From Eledone cirrhosa (lineage: Eukaryota), in contig OZ024744.1 of the NCBI GenBank assembly GCA_964016885.1, forward strand, positions 806,001 through 870,000: DNA of 64,000 nt. Direction: 5' to 3'. The notes beneath the pieces are model-generated. The model was given only the letters and a program-made list of their open reading frames with translations. It had not been told where the DNA came from and ran no database searches. The translations under genes and the position numbers were made by a program. Of this stretch, positions 24,801 to 37,800 are shown one piece after another (positions within the stretch are counted from its first letter, which is position 1; every line of letters begins with the position of its first letter).

Positions 24801-27800
24801 TGAAGAACAAAGTTTTGGGGGAAGACAAGGAAGAGGAAGATAGCTTGGTGAAGAACGAAGTTTTAGGGAAGACAAGGTAGAGAAAGATAGCTTGGTGAAG
24901 AACGAAGTTTTGGGGGAAGACAAGGTAGAGAAAGATAGCTTGGTGAAGAACGAAGTTTTGCGGAAGACAAGGTAGAGAAATATAGCTCGGTGAAGAACGA
25001 AGTTTTGAGGGAAGACAAGGTAGAGAAAGATAGTTGGTGAAGAACGAAATTTTGAGGGAAGACAAGGTAGAGAAAGATAGCTTGATGAAGAACAAAGTTT
25101 TGAGGGAAGACAAGGTAGAGAAAGATAGCTTGATGAAGTACGAAGTTTTGGGGGAAGACAAGGTAGAGAAAGATAGCTTGGTGAAGAACGAAGTTTTGAG
25201 GGAAGACAAGGTAGAGAAAGATAGCTTGATGAAGAACGAAGTTTTGAGGGAAGACAAGGTAGGGAAAGATAGCTTGGTGAAGAACGAAGTTTTGAGGGAA
25301 GACAAGGTAGAGAAAGATAGCTTGGTGAAGAACGAAGTTTTGGGGGAAGACAAAGTATAGAAAGATAGCTTGGTGAAGAACGAAGTTTTGGGGGAAGACA
25401 ATGTAGAGAAAGATAGCTTGATGAAGAATGAAGTTTTGGGGGAAGACAAGGTAGAGAAAGATAGCTTGGTGAAGAACGAGGTTTTGAGGGAAGACAAGGT
25501 AGAGAAAGATAGCTTGGTGAAGAACGAAGTTTTGGGGGAAGACAAGGTAGAGAAAGATAGCTTGGTGAAGAACGAAGTTTTGAGGGAAGACAAGGTAGAG
25601 AAAGATAGCTTGGTGAAGAACGAAGTTTTGGGGGAAGACAAGGTAGAGAAAGATAGCTTGGTGAAGAACGAAGTTTTGAGGGAAGACAAGGTAGAGAAAG
25701 ATAGTTGGTGAAGAACGAAATTTTGAGGGAAGACAAGGTAGAGAAAAATAGCTTGGTGAAGAACGACGTTTTGAGGGAAGACAAGGTAGAGAAAGATAGC
25801 TTGGTGAAGAACGAAGTTTTGGGGGAAGACAAGGTAGAGAAAGATAGCTTGATGAAGTACGAAGTTTTGGGGGAAGACAAGGTAGAGAAAGATAGCTTGG
25901 TGAAGAACGACGTTTTGAGGGAAGACAAGGTAGAGAAAGATAGCTTGGTGAAGAACGAAGTTTTGGGGGAAGACAAGGTAGAGAAAGATAGCTTGATGAA
26001 GTACGAAGTTTTGGGGGAAGACAAGGTAGAGAAAGATAGCTTGGTGAAGAACGACGTTTTGTGGGAAGACAAGGTAGAGAAACATAGTTGGTGAAGAACG
26101 AAGTTTTGAGGGAAGACAAGGTAGAGAAAGATAGCTTGATGAAGAACGAAGTTTTGAGGGAAGACAAGGTAGAGAAAGATAGCTTGGTGAAGAACGAAGT
26201 TTTGAGGGAAGACAAGGTAGAGAAAGATAGCTTCATGAAGAACGAAGTTTTGAGGGAAGACAAGGTAGAGAAAGATAGCTTGGTGAAGAACGAAGTTTTG
26301 AGGGAAGACAAAGTATAGAAAGATAGCTTGGTGAAGAACGAAGTTTTGGGGGAAGACAATGTAGAGAAAGATAGCTTGATGAAGAACGAAGTTTTGAGGG
26401 AAGACAAGGTAGAGAAAGATAGCCTGGTGAAGAACGAAGTTTTGGGGGATGACAAAGTAGAGAAAGATAGCTTGGTGAAGAACGAAGTTTTGGGGGAAGA
26501 CAAGGTAGAGAAAGATAGCTTGATGAAGAACAAAGTTTTGGGGGAAGACAAGGAAGAGGAAGATAGCTTGGTGAAGAACGAAGTTTTAGGGAAGACAAGG
26601 TAGAGAAAGATAGCTTGATGAAGTACGAAGTTTTGGGGGAAGACAAGGTAGAGAAAGATAGCTTGGTGAAGAACGAAGTTTTGAGGGAAGACAAGGTAGA
26701 GAAAGATAGCTTGATGAAGAACGAAGTGTTGAGGGAAGACAAGGTAGAGAAAGATAGCTTGGTGAAGAACGAAGTTTTGAGGGAAGACAAAGTATAGAAG
26801 GATAGCTTGGTGAAGAACGAAGTTTTGGGGGAAGACAATGTAGAGAAAGATAGCTTGATGAAGAACGAAGTTTTGGGGAAGACAAGGTAGAGAAAGATAG
26901 CTTGGTGAAGAACGAAGTTTTGAGGGAAGACAAGGTAGAGAAAGATAGCTTGGTGAGGAACGAAGTTTTGGGGGAAGACAAGGTAGAGAAAGATAGCATG
27001 GTGAAGAACGAAATTTTGAGGGAAGACAAGGTAGAGAAAGATAGCTTGGTGAAGAACGAAGTTTTGGGGGAAGACAAGGTAGAGAAAGATAGCTTGGTGA
27101 AGAACGAAGTTTTGAGGGAAGACAAGGTAGAGAAAGATAGTTGGTAAAGAACGAAGTTTTGAGGGAAGACAAGGTAGAGAAAGATAGCTTGGTGAAGAAC
27201 GACGTTTTGAGGGAAGACAAGGTATAGAAAGAGAGCTTGGTGAAGAACGACGTTTTCGGGGAAGAAAAGGTAGAGAAAGATAGCTTGGTGAAGAACAAAG
27301 TTTTGGGGGAAGTCAAGGTAGAGAAAGATAGCTTGGTGAAGAACGAAGTTTTGAGGGAAGACAAGGTAGAGAAAGATAGTTGGTGAAGAACGAAATTTTG
27401 AGGGAAGACAAGGTAGAGAAAGATAGCTTGGTGAAGAACGACGTTTTGAGGGAAGACAAGGTAGAGAAAGATAGCTTGGTGAAGAACGACGTTTTGAGGG
27501 AAGACAAGGTAGAGAAAGATAGCTTGGTGAAGAACGAAGTTTTGGGGGAAGACAAGGTAGAGAAAGATAGCTTGATGAAGTACGAAGTTTTGGGGGAAGA
27601 CAAGGTAGAGAAAGATAGCTTGGTGAAGAACGACGTTTTGTGGGAAGACAAGGTAGAGAAACATAGTTGGTGAAGAACGAAATTTTGAGGGAAGACAAGG
27701 TAGAGAAAGATAGCTTGGTGAAGAAGGAAGTTTTGAGGGAAGACAAGGTAGAGAAAGATAGCTTGATGAAGTACGAAGTTTTGAGGGAAGACAAGGTAGA

Positions 27801-29860
27801 GAGAGATAGCTTGGTGAAGAACGAAGTTTTGGGGGAAGACAAGGTAGAGAAATATAGCTCGGTGAAGAACGAAGTTTTGAGGGAAGACAAGGTAGAGAAA
27901 GATAGCTTGGTGAAGAACGAAGTTTTGGGGGAAGACAAGGTAGAGAAAGATAGCTTGGTGAAGAACGAAGTTTTGAGGGAAGACTAGGTAGAGAAAGATA
28001 GCTTGATGAAGAACGAAGTTTTGAGGGAAGACAAGGTAGAGAAAGATAGCTTGGTGAAGAACGAAGTTTTGGGGGAAGACAAGGTAGAGAAAGATAGCTT
28101 GGTGAAGAACGAAGGTTTGAGGGAAGACAAGGTAGAGAAAGATAGCTTGGTGAAGAACGAAGTTTTGAGGGAAGACATGGTAGAGAAAGATAGCTTGGTG
28201 AAGAACGAAGTTTTGAGGGAAGACAAGGTAGAGAAAGATAGCTTGGTGAAGAACGAAGTTTTGAGGGAAGACAAGGTAGAGAAAGATAGTTGGTGAAGAA
28301 CGAAGTTTTGAGGGAAGACAAGGTAGAGAAAGATAGCTTGGTGAAGAACGACGTTTTGAGGGAAGACAAGGTAGAGAAAGATAGCTTGATGAAGTACGAA
28401 GTTTTGGGGGAAGACAAGGTAGAGAAAGATAGCTTGGTGAAGGACGACGTTTTGTGGGAAGACAAGGTAGAGAAACATAGTTGGTGAAGAACGAAATTTT
28501 GAGGGAAGACAAGGTAGAGAAAGATAGCTTGGTGAAGAACGAAGTTTTGAGGGAAGACAAGGTAGAGAAAGATAGCTTGATGAAGAACGAGGTGTTGAGG
28601 GAAGACAAGGTAGAGAAAGATAGCTTGGTGAAGAACGAAGTTTTGAGGGAAGACAAAGTATAGAAGGATAGCTTGGTGAAGAACGAAGTTTTGGGGGAAG
28701 ACAATGTAGAGAAAGATAGCTTGATGAAGAACGAAGTTTTGGGGAAGACAAGGTAGAGAAAGATAGCTTGGTGAAGAACGAAGTTTTGAGGGAAGACAAG
28801 GTAGAGAAAGATAGCTTGGTGAAGAACGAAGTTTTGGGGGAAGACAAGGTAGAGAAAGATAGCTTGGTGAAGAACGAAGTTTTGAGGGAAGACAAGGTAG
28901 AGAAAGATAGCTTGGTGAAGAACGAAGTTTTGGGGGAAGACAAGGTAGAGAAAGATAGCTTGGTGAAGAACGAAGTTTTGAGGGAAGACAAGGTAGAGAA
29001 AGATAGTTGGTAAAGAACGAAGTTTTGAGGGAAGACAAGGTAGAGAAAGATAGCTTGGTGAAGAACGACGTTTTGAGGGAAGACAAGGTATAGAAAGAGA
29101 GCTTGGTGAAGAACGACGTTTTCGGGGAAGAAAAGGTAGAGAAAGATAGCTTGGTGAAGAACAAAGTTTTGGGGGAAGTCAAGGTAGAGAAAGATAGCTT
29201 GGTGAAGAACGAAGTATTGAGGGAAGACAAGGTAGAGAAAGATAGCTTGGTGAAGAACGAAGTTTTGAGGGAAGACAAGGTAGAGAAAGATAGCTTGGTG
29301 AAGAACGAGGTTTTGAGGGAAGACAATGTAGAGAAAGATAGCTTGGTGAAGAACGAAGTTTTGGGGGAAGACAAGGTAGAGAAAGATAGCTTGGTGAAGA
29401 ACGAAGTTTTGAGGGAAGACAAGGTAGAGAAAGATAGCCTGGTGAAGAACGAAGTTTTGGGGGATGACAAAGTAGAGAAAGATAGCTTGGTGAAGAACGA
29501 AGTTTTGGGGGAAGACAAGGTAGAGAAAGATAGCTTGATGAAGAACAAAGTTTTGGGGGAAGACAAGGAAGAGGAAGATAGCTTGGTGAAGAACGAAGTT
29601 TTAGGGAAGACAAGGTAGAGAAAGATAGCTTGGTGAAGAACGAAGTTTTGGGGGAAGACAAGGTAGAGAAAGATAGCTTGGTGAAGAACGAAGTTTTGCG
29701 GAAGACAAGGTAGAGAAATATAGCTCGGTGAAGAACGAAGTTTTGAGGGAAGACAAGGTAGAGAAAGATAGTTGGTGAAGAACGAAATTTTGAGGGAAGA
29801 CAAGGTAGAGAAAGATAGCTTGATGAAGAACAAAGTTTTGAGGGAAGACAAGGTAGAGAA
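21830..29860 (+). repeat. Higher-order duplication, offset 4,786 then 4,738 bp (100 then 99 monomers): about 21.8-25.1 kb copied at about 26.6-29.9 kb
   Basis: ORF pairs 22116/26902, 22594/27380, 22881/27667, 23504/28290 and 23695/28481 differ by 4,786, and 24030/28768, 24365/29103 and 25034/29772 differ by 4,738. Both copies share GTGAGGAAC, AGCATGGTG, AAGAAGGAAG, GAGAGAGATAG and GACATGG. Confidence 0.9.
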
Positions 29861-31970
29861 AGATAGCTTGGTGAAGAACGAAGTTTTGAGGGAAGACAAG
29901 GTAGAGAAAGATAGCTTGGTGAAGAACGAAGTTTTGGGGGAAGACAAAGTATAGAAAGATAGCTTGGTGAAGAACGAAGTTTTGGGGGAAGACAATGTAG
30001 AGAAAGATAGCTTGATGAAGAATGAAGTTTTGGGGGAAGACAAGGTAGAGAAAGATAGTTGGTGAAGAACGAAATTTTGAGGGAAGACAAGGTAGAGAAA
30101 GATAGCTTGATGAAGAACAAAGTTTTGAGGGAAGACAAGGTAGAGAAAGATAGCTTGGTGAAGAACGAAGTTTTGAGGGAAGACAAGGTAGAGAAAGATA
30201 GCTTGATGAAGTACGAAGTTTTGGGGGAAGACAAGGTAGAGAAAGATAGCTTGGTGAAGGACGACGTTTTGTGGGAAGACAAGGTAGAGAAACATAGTTG
30301 GTGAAGAACGAAATTTTGAGGGAAGACAAGGTAGAGAAAGATAGCTTGGTGAAGAACGAAGTTTTGAGGGAAGACAAGGTAGAGAAAGATAGCTTGATGA
30401 AGAACGAGGTGTTGAGGGAAGACAAGGTAGAGAAAGATAGCTTGGTGAAGAACGAAGTTTTGAGGGAAGACAAAGTATAGAAGGATAGCTTGGTGAAGAA
30501 CGAAGTTTTGGGGGAAGACAATGTAGAGAAAGATAGCTTGATGAAGAACGAAGTTTTGGGGAAGACAAGGTAGAGAAAGATAGCTTGGTGAAGAACGAAG
30601 TTTTGAGGGAAGACAAGGTAGAGAAAGATAGCTTGGTGAAGAACGAAGTTTTGGGGGAAGACAAGGTAGAGAAAGATAGCTTGGTGAAGAACGAAGTTTT
30701 GAGGGAAGACAAGGTAGAGAAAGATAGCTTGGTGAAGAACGAAGTTTTGGGGGAAGACAAGGTAGAGAAAGATAGCTTGGTGAAGAACGAAGTTTTGAGG
30801 GAAGACAAGGTAGAGAAAGATAGTTGGTAAAGAACGAAGTTTTGAGGGAAGACAAGGTAGAGAAAGATAGCTTGGTGAAGAACGACGTTTTGAGGGAAGA
30901 CAAGGTATAGAAAGAGAGCTTGGTGAAGAACGACGTTTTCGGGGAAGAAAAGGTAGAGAAAGATAGCTTGGTGAAGAACAAAGTTTTGGGGGAAGTCAAG
31001 GTAGAGAAAGATAGCTTGGTGAAGAACGAAGTATTGAGGGAAGACAAGGTAGAGAAAGATAGCTTGGTGAAGAACGAAGTTTTGAGGGAAGACAAGGTAG
31101 AGAAAGATAGCTTGGTGAAGAACGAGGTTTTGAGGGAAGACAATGTAGAGAAAGATAGCTTGGTGAAGAACGAAGTTTTGGGGGAAGACAAGGTAGAGAA
31201 AGATAGCTTGGTGAAGAACGAAGTTTTGAGGGAAGACAAGGTAGAGAAAGATAGCCTGGTGAAGAACGAAGTTTTGGGGGATGACAAAGTAGAGAAAGAT
31301 AGCTTGGTGAAGAACGAAGTTTTGGGGGAAGACAAGGTAGAGAAAGATAGCTTGATGAAGAACAAAGTTTTGGGGGAAGACAAGGAAGAGGAAGATAGCT
31401 TGGTGAAGAACGAAGTTTTAGGGAAGACAAGGTAGAGAAAGATAGCTTGGTGAAGAACGAAGTTTTGGGGGAAGACAAGGTAGAGAAAGATAGCTTGGTG
31501 AAGAACGAAGTTTTGCGGAAGACAAGGTAGAGAAATATAGCTCGGTGAAGAACGAAGTTTTGAGGGAAGACAAGGTAGAGAAAGATAGTTGGTGAAGAAC
31601 GAAATTTTGAGGGAAGACAAGGTAGAGAAAGATAGCTTGATGAAGAACAAAGTTTTGAGGGAAGACAAGGTAGAGAAAGATAGCTTGGTGAAGAACGAAG
31701 TTTTGAGGGAAGACAAGGTAGAGAAAGATAGCTTGGTGAAGAACGAAGTTTTGGGGGAAGACAAAGTATAGAAAGATAGCTTGGTGAAGAACGAAGTTTT
31801 GGGGGAAGACAATGTAGAGAAAGATAGCTTGATGAAGAATGAAGTTTTGGGGGAAGACAAGGTAGAGAAAGATAGTTGGTGAAGAACGAAATTTTGAGGG
31901 AAGACAAGGTAGAGAAAGATAGCTTGATGAAGAACAAAGTTTTGAGGGAAGACAAGGTAGAGAAAGATAG
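28385..31970 (+). repeat. Higher-order duplication, offset 1,817 bp (38 monomers minus 7 bp)
   Basis: ORF pairs 28481/30298, 28768/30585, 29103/30920, 29772/31589 and 30059/31876 all differ by 1,817. Confidence 0.9.
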
Positions 31971-34889
31971 CTTGGTGAAGAACAAAGTTTTGAGGGAAGA
32001 CAAGGTAGAGAAAGATAGCTTGGTGAAGAACGAAGTTTTGGGGGAAGACAAAGTATAGAAAGATAGCTTGGTGAAGAACGAAGTTTTGGGGGAAGACAAT
32101 GTAGAGAAAGATAGCTTGATGAAGAATGAAGTTTTGGGGGAAGACAAGGTAGAGAAAGATAGCTTGGTGAAGAACGAGGTTTTGAGGGAAGACAAGGTAG
32201 AGAAAGATAGCTTGGTGAAGAACGAAGTTTTGGGGGAAGACAAGGTAGAGAAAGATAGCTTGGTGAAGAACGAAGTTTTGAGGGAAGACAAGGTAGAGAA
32301 AGATAGCTTGGTGAAGAACGAAGTTTTGGGGGAAGACAAGGTAGAGAAAGATAGCTTGGTGAAGAACGAAGTTTTGAGGGAAGACAAGGTAGAGAAAGAT
32401 AGTTGGTGAAGAACGAAATTTTGAGGGAAGACAAGGTAGAGAAAAATAGCTTGGTGAAGAACGACGTTTTGAGGGAAGACAAGGTAGAGAAAGATAGCTT
32501 GGTGAAGAACGAAGTTTTGGGGGAAGACAAGGTAGAGAAAGATAGCTTGATGAAGTACGAAGTTTTGGGGGAAGACAAGGTAGAGAAAGATAGCTTGGTG
32601 AAGAACGACGTTTTGAGGGAAGACAAGGTAGAGAAAGATAGCTTGGTGAAGAACGAAGTTTTGGGGGAAGACAAGGTAGAGAAAGATAGCTTGATGAAGT
32701 ACGAAGTTTTGGGGGAAGACAAGGTAGAGAAAGATAGCTTGGTGAAGAACGACGTTTTGTGGGAAGACAAGGTAGAGAAACATAGTTGGTGAAGAACGAA
32801 GTTTTGAGGGAAGACAAGGTAGAGAAAGATAGCTTGATGAAGAACGAAGTTTTGAGGGAAGACAAGGTAGAGAAAGATAGCTTGGTGAAGAACGAAGTTT
32901 TGAGGGAAGACAAGGTAGAGAAAGATAGCTTCATGAAGAACGAAGTTTTGAGGGAAGACAAGGTAGAGAAAGATAGCTTGGTGAAGAACGAAGTTTTGAG
33001 GGAAGACAAAGTATAGAAAGATAGCTTGGTGAAGAACGAAGTTTTGGGGGAAGACAATGTAGAGAAAGATAGCTTGATGAAGAACGAAGTTTTGAGGGAA
33101 GACAAGGTAGAGAAAGATAGCCTGGTGAAGAACGAAGTTTTGGGGGATGACAAAGTAGAGAAAGATAGCTTGGTGAAGAACGAAGTTTTGGGGGAAGACA
33201 AGGTAGAGAAAGATAGCTTGATGAAGAACAAAGTTTTGGGGGAAGACAAGGAAGAGGAAGATAGCTTGGTGAAGAACGAAGTTTTAGGGAAGACAAGGTA
33301 GAGAAAGATAGCTTGGTGAAGAACGAAGTTTTGGGGGAAGACAAGGTAGAGAAAGATAGCTTGGTGAAGAACGAAGTTTTGAGGGAAGACTAGGTAGAGA
33401 AAGATAGCTTGATGAAGAACGAAGTTTTGAGGGAAGACAAGGTAGAGAAAGATAGCTTGGTGAAGAACGAAGTTTTGGGGGAAGACAAGGTAGAGAAAGA
33501 TAGCTTGGTGAAGAACGAAGGTTTGAGGGAAGACAAGGTAGAGAAAGATAGCTTGGTGAAGAACGAAGTTTTGAGGGAAGACATGGTAGAGAAAGATAGC
33601 TTGGTGAAGAACGAAGTTTTGAGGGAAGACAAGGTAGAGAAAGATAGCTTGGTGAAGAACGAAGTTTTGAGGGAAGACAAGGTAGAGAAAGATAGTTGGT
33701 GAAGAACGAAGTTTTGAGGGAAGACAAGGTAGAGAAAGATAGCTTGGTGGAGAACGACGTTTTGAGGGAAGACAAGGTAGAGAAAGATAGCTTGATGAAG
33801 TACGAAGTTTTGGGGGAAGACAAGGTAGAGAAAGATAGCTTGGTGAAGGACGACGTTTTGTGGGAAGACAAGGTAGAGAAACATAGTTGGTGAAGAACGA
33901 AATTTTGAGGGAAGACAAGGTAGAGAAAGATAGCTTGGTGAAGAACGAAGTTTTGAGGGAAGACAAGGTAGAGAAAGATAGCTTGGTGAAGAACGAAGTT
34001 TTGAGGGAAGACAAGGTAGAGAAAGATAGCTTGATGAAGAACGAAGTGTTGAGGGAAGACAAGGTAGAGAAAGATAGCTTGGTGAAGAACGAAGTTTTGA
34101 GGGAAGACAAAGTATAGAAGGATAGCTTGGTGAAGAACGAAGTTTTGGGGGAAGACAATGTAGAGAAAGATAGCTTGATGAAGAACGAAGTTTTGGGGAA
34201 GACAAGGTAGAGAAAGATAGCTTGGTGAAGAACGAAGTTTTGAGGGAAGACAAGGTAGAGAAAGATAGCTTGGTGAAGAACGAAGTTTTGGGGGAAGACA
34301 AGGTAGAGAAAGATAGCTTGGTGAAGAACGAAGTTTTGAGGGAAGACAAGGTAGAGAAAGATAGCTTGGTGAAGAACGAAGTTTTGGGGGAAGACAAGGT
34401 AGAGAAAGATAGCTTGGTGAAGAACGAAGTTTTGAGGGAAGACAAGGTAGAGAAAGATAGTTGGTAAAGAACGAAGTTTTGAGGGAAGACAAGGTAGAGA
34501 AAGATAGCTTGGTGAAGAACGACGTTTTGAGGGAAGACAAGGTATAGAAAGAGAGCTTGGTGAAGAACGACGTTTTCGGGGAAGAAAAGGTAGAGAAAGA
34601 TAGCTTGGTGAAGAACAAAGTTTTGGGGGAAGTCAAGGTAGAGAAAGATAGCTTGGTGAAGAACGAAGTATTGAGGGAAGACAAGGTAGAGAAAGATAGC
34701 TTGGTGAAGAACGAAGTTTTGAGGGAAGACAAGGTAGAGAAAGATAGCTTGGTGAAGAACGAGGTTTTGAGGGAAGACAATGTAGAGAAAGATAGCTTGG
34801 TGAAGAACGAAGTTTTGGGGGAAGACAAGGTAGAGAAAGATAGCTTGGTGAAGAACGAAGTTTTGAGGGAAGACAAGGTAGAGAAAGAT

Positions 34890-37800
34890 AGCCTGGTGAA
34901 GAACGAAGTTTTGGGGGATGACAAAGTAGAGAAAGATAGCTTGGTGAAGAACGAAGTTTTGGGGGAAGACAAGGTAGAGAAAGATAGCTTGATGAAGAAC
35001 AAAGTTTTGGGGGAAGACAAGGAAGAGGAAGATAGCTTGGTGAAGAACGAAGTTTTAGGGAAGACAAGGTAGAGAAAGATAGCTTGGTGAAGAACGAAGT
35101 TTTGGGGGAAGACAAGGTAGAGAAAGATAGCTTGGTGAAGAACGAAGTTTTGCGGAAGACAAGGTAGAGAAATATAGCTCGGTGAAGAACGAAGTTTTGA
35201 GGGAAGACAAGGTAGAGAAAGATAGTTGGTGAAGAACGAAATTTTGAGGGAAGACAAGGTAGAGAAAGATAGCTTGATGAAGAACAAAGTTTTGAGGGAA
35301 GACAAGGTAGAGAAAGATAGCTTGATGAAGTACGAAGTTTTGGGGGAAGACAAGGTAGAGAAAGATAGCTTGGTGAAGAACGAAGTTTTGAGGGAAGACA
35401 AGGTAGAGAAAGATAGCTTGATGAAGAACGAAGTTTTGAGGGAAGACAAGGTAGGGAAAGATAGCTTGGTGAAGGACGAAGTTTTGAGGGAAGACAAGGT
35501 AGAGAAAGATAGCTTGGTGAAGAACGAAGTTTTGGGGGAAGACAAAGTATAGAAAGATAGCTTGGTGAAGAACGAAGTTTTGGGGGAAGACAATGTAGAG
35601 AAAGATAGCTTGATGAAGAATGAAGTTTTGGGGGAAGACAAGGTAGAGAAAGATAGCTTGGTGAAGAACGAGGTTTTGAGGGAAGACAAGGTAGAGAAAG
35701 ATAGCTTGGTGAAGAACGAAGTTTTGGGGGAAGACAAGGTAGAGAAAGATAGCTTGGTGAAGAACGAAGTTTTGAGGGAAGACAAGGTAGAGAAAGATAG
35801 CTTGGTGAAGAACGAAGTTTTGGGGGAAGACAAGGTAGAGAAAGATAGCTTGGTGAAGAACGAAGTTTTGAGGGAAGACAAGGTAGAGAAAGATAGTTGG
35901 TGAAGAACGAAATTTTGAAAGAAGACAAGGTAGAGAAAAATAGCTTGGTGAAGAACGACGTTTTGAGGGAAGACAAGGTAGAGAAAGATAGCTTGGTGAA
36001 GAACGAAGTTTTGGGGGAAGACAAGGTAGAGAAAGATAGCTTGATGAAGTACGAAGTTTTGGGGGAAGACAAGGTAGAGAAAGATAGCTTGGTGAAGAAC
36101 GACGTTTTGAGGGAAGACAAGGTAGAGAAAGATAGCTTGGTGAAGAACGAAGTTTTGGGGGAAGACAAGGTAGAGAAAGATAGCTTGATGAAGTACGAAG
36201 TTTTGGGGGAAGACAAGGTAGAGAAAGATAGCTTGGTGAAGAACGACGTTTTGTGGGAAGACAAGGTAGAGAAACATAGTTGGTGAAGAACGAAGTTTTG
36301 AGGGAAGACAAGGTAGAGAAAGATAGCTTGATGAAGAACGAAGTTTTGAGGGAAGACAAGGTAGAGAAAGATAGCTTGGTGAAGAACGAAGTTTTGAGGG
36401 AAGACAAGGTAGAGAAAGATAGCTTCATGAAGAACGAAGTTTTGAGGGAAGACAAGGTAGAGAAAGATAGCTTGGTGAAGAACGAAGTTTTGAGGGAAGA
36501 CAAAGTATAGAAAGATAGCTTGGTGAAGAACGAAGTTTTGGGGGAAGACAATGTAGAGAAAGATAGCTTGATGAAGAACGAAGTTTTGAGGGAAGACAAG
36601 GTAGAGAAAGATTACCTGGTGAAGAACGAAGTTTTGGGGGATGACAAAGTAGAGAAAGATAGCTTGGTGAAGAACGAAGTTTTGGGGGAAGACAAGGTAG
36701 AGAAAGATAGCTTGATGAAGAACAAAGTTTTGGGGGAAGACAAGGAAGAGGAAGATAGCTTGGTGAAGAACGAAGTTTTAGGGAAGACAAGGTAGAGAAA
36801 GATAGCTTGGTGAAGAACGAAGTTTTGGGGGAAGACAAGGTAGAGAAAGATAGCTTGGTGAAGAACGAAGTTTTGCGGAAGACAAGGTAGAGAAATATAG
36901 CTCGGTGAAGAACGAAGTTTTGAGGGAAGACAAGGTAGAGAAAGATAGTTGGTGAAGAACGAAATTTTGAGGGAAGACAAGGTAGAGAAAGATAGCTTGA
37001 TGAAGAACAAAGTTTTGAGGGAAGACAAGGTAGAGAAAGATAGCTTGATGAAGTACGAAGTTTTGGGGGAAGACAAGGTAGAGAAAGATAGCTTGGTGAA
37101 GAACGAAGTTTTGAGGGAAGACAAGGTAGAGAAAGATAGCTTGATGAAGAACGAAGTTTTGAGGGAAGACAAGGTAGGGAAAGATAGCTTGGTGAAGAAC
37201 GAAGTTTTGAGGGAAGACAAGGTAGAGAAAGATAGCTTGGTGAAGAACGAAGTTTTGGGGGAAGACAAAGTATAGAAAGATAGCTTGGTGAAGAACGAAG
37301 TTTTGGGGGAAGACAATGTAGAGAAAGATAGCTTGATGAAGAATGAAGTTTTGGGGGAAGACAAGGTAGAGAAAGATAGCTTGGTGAAGAACGAGGTTTT
37401 GAGGGAAGACAAGGTAGAGAAAGATAGCTTGGTGAAGAACGAAGTTTTGGGGGAAGACAAGGTAGAGAAAGATAGCTTGGTGAAGAACGAAGTTTTGAGG
37501 GAAGACAAGGTAGAGAAAGATAGCTTGGTGAAGAACGAAGTTTTGGGGGAAGACAAGGTAGAGAAAGATAGCTTGGTGAAGAACGAAGTTTTGAGGGAAG
37601 ACAAGGTAGAGAAAGATAGTTGGTGAAGAACGAAATTTTGAGGGAAGACAAGGTAGAGAAAAATAGCTTGGTGAAGAACGACGTTTTGAGGGAAGACAAA
37701 GTAGAGAAAGATAGCTTGGTGAAGAACGAAGTTTTGGGGGAAGACAAGGTAGAGAAAGATAGCTTGATGAAGTACGAAGTTTTGGGGGAAGACAAGGTAG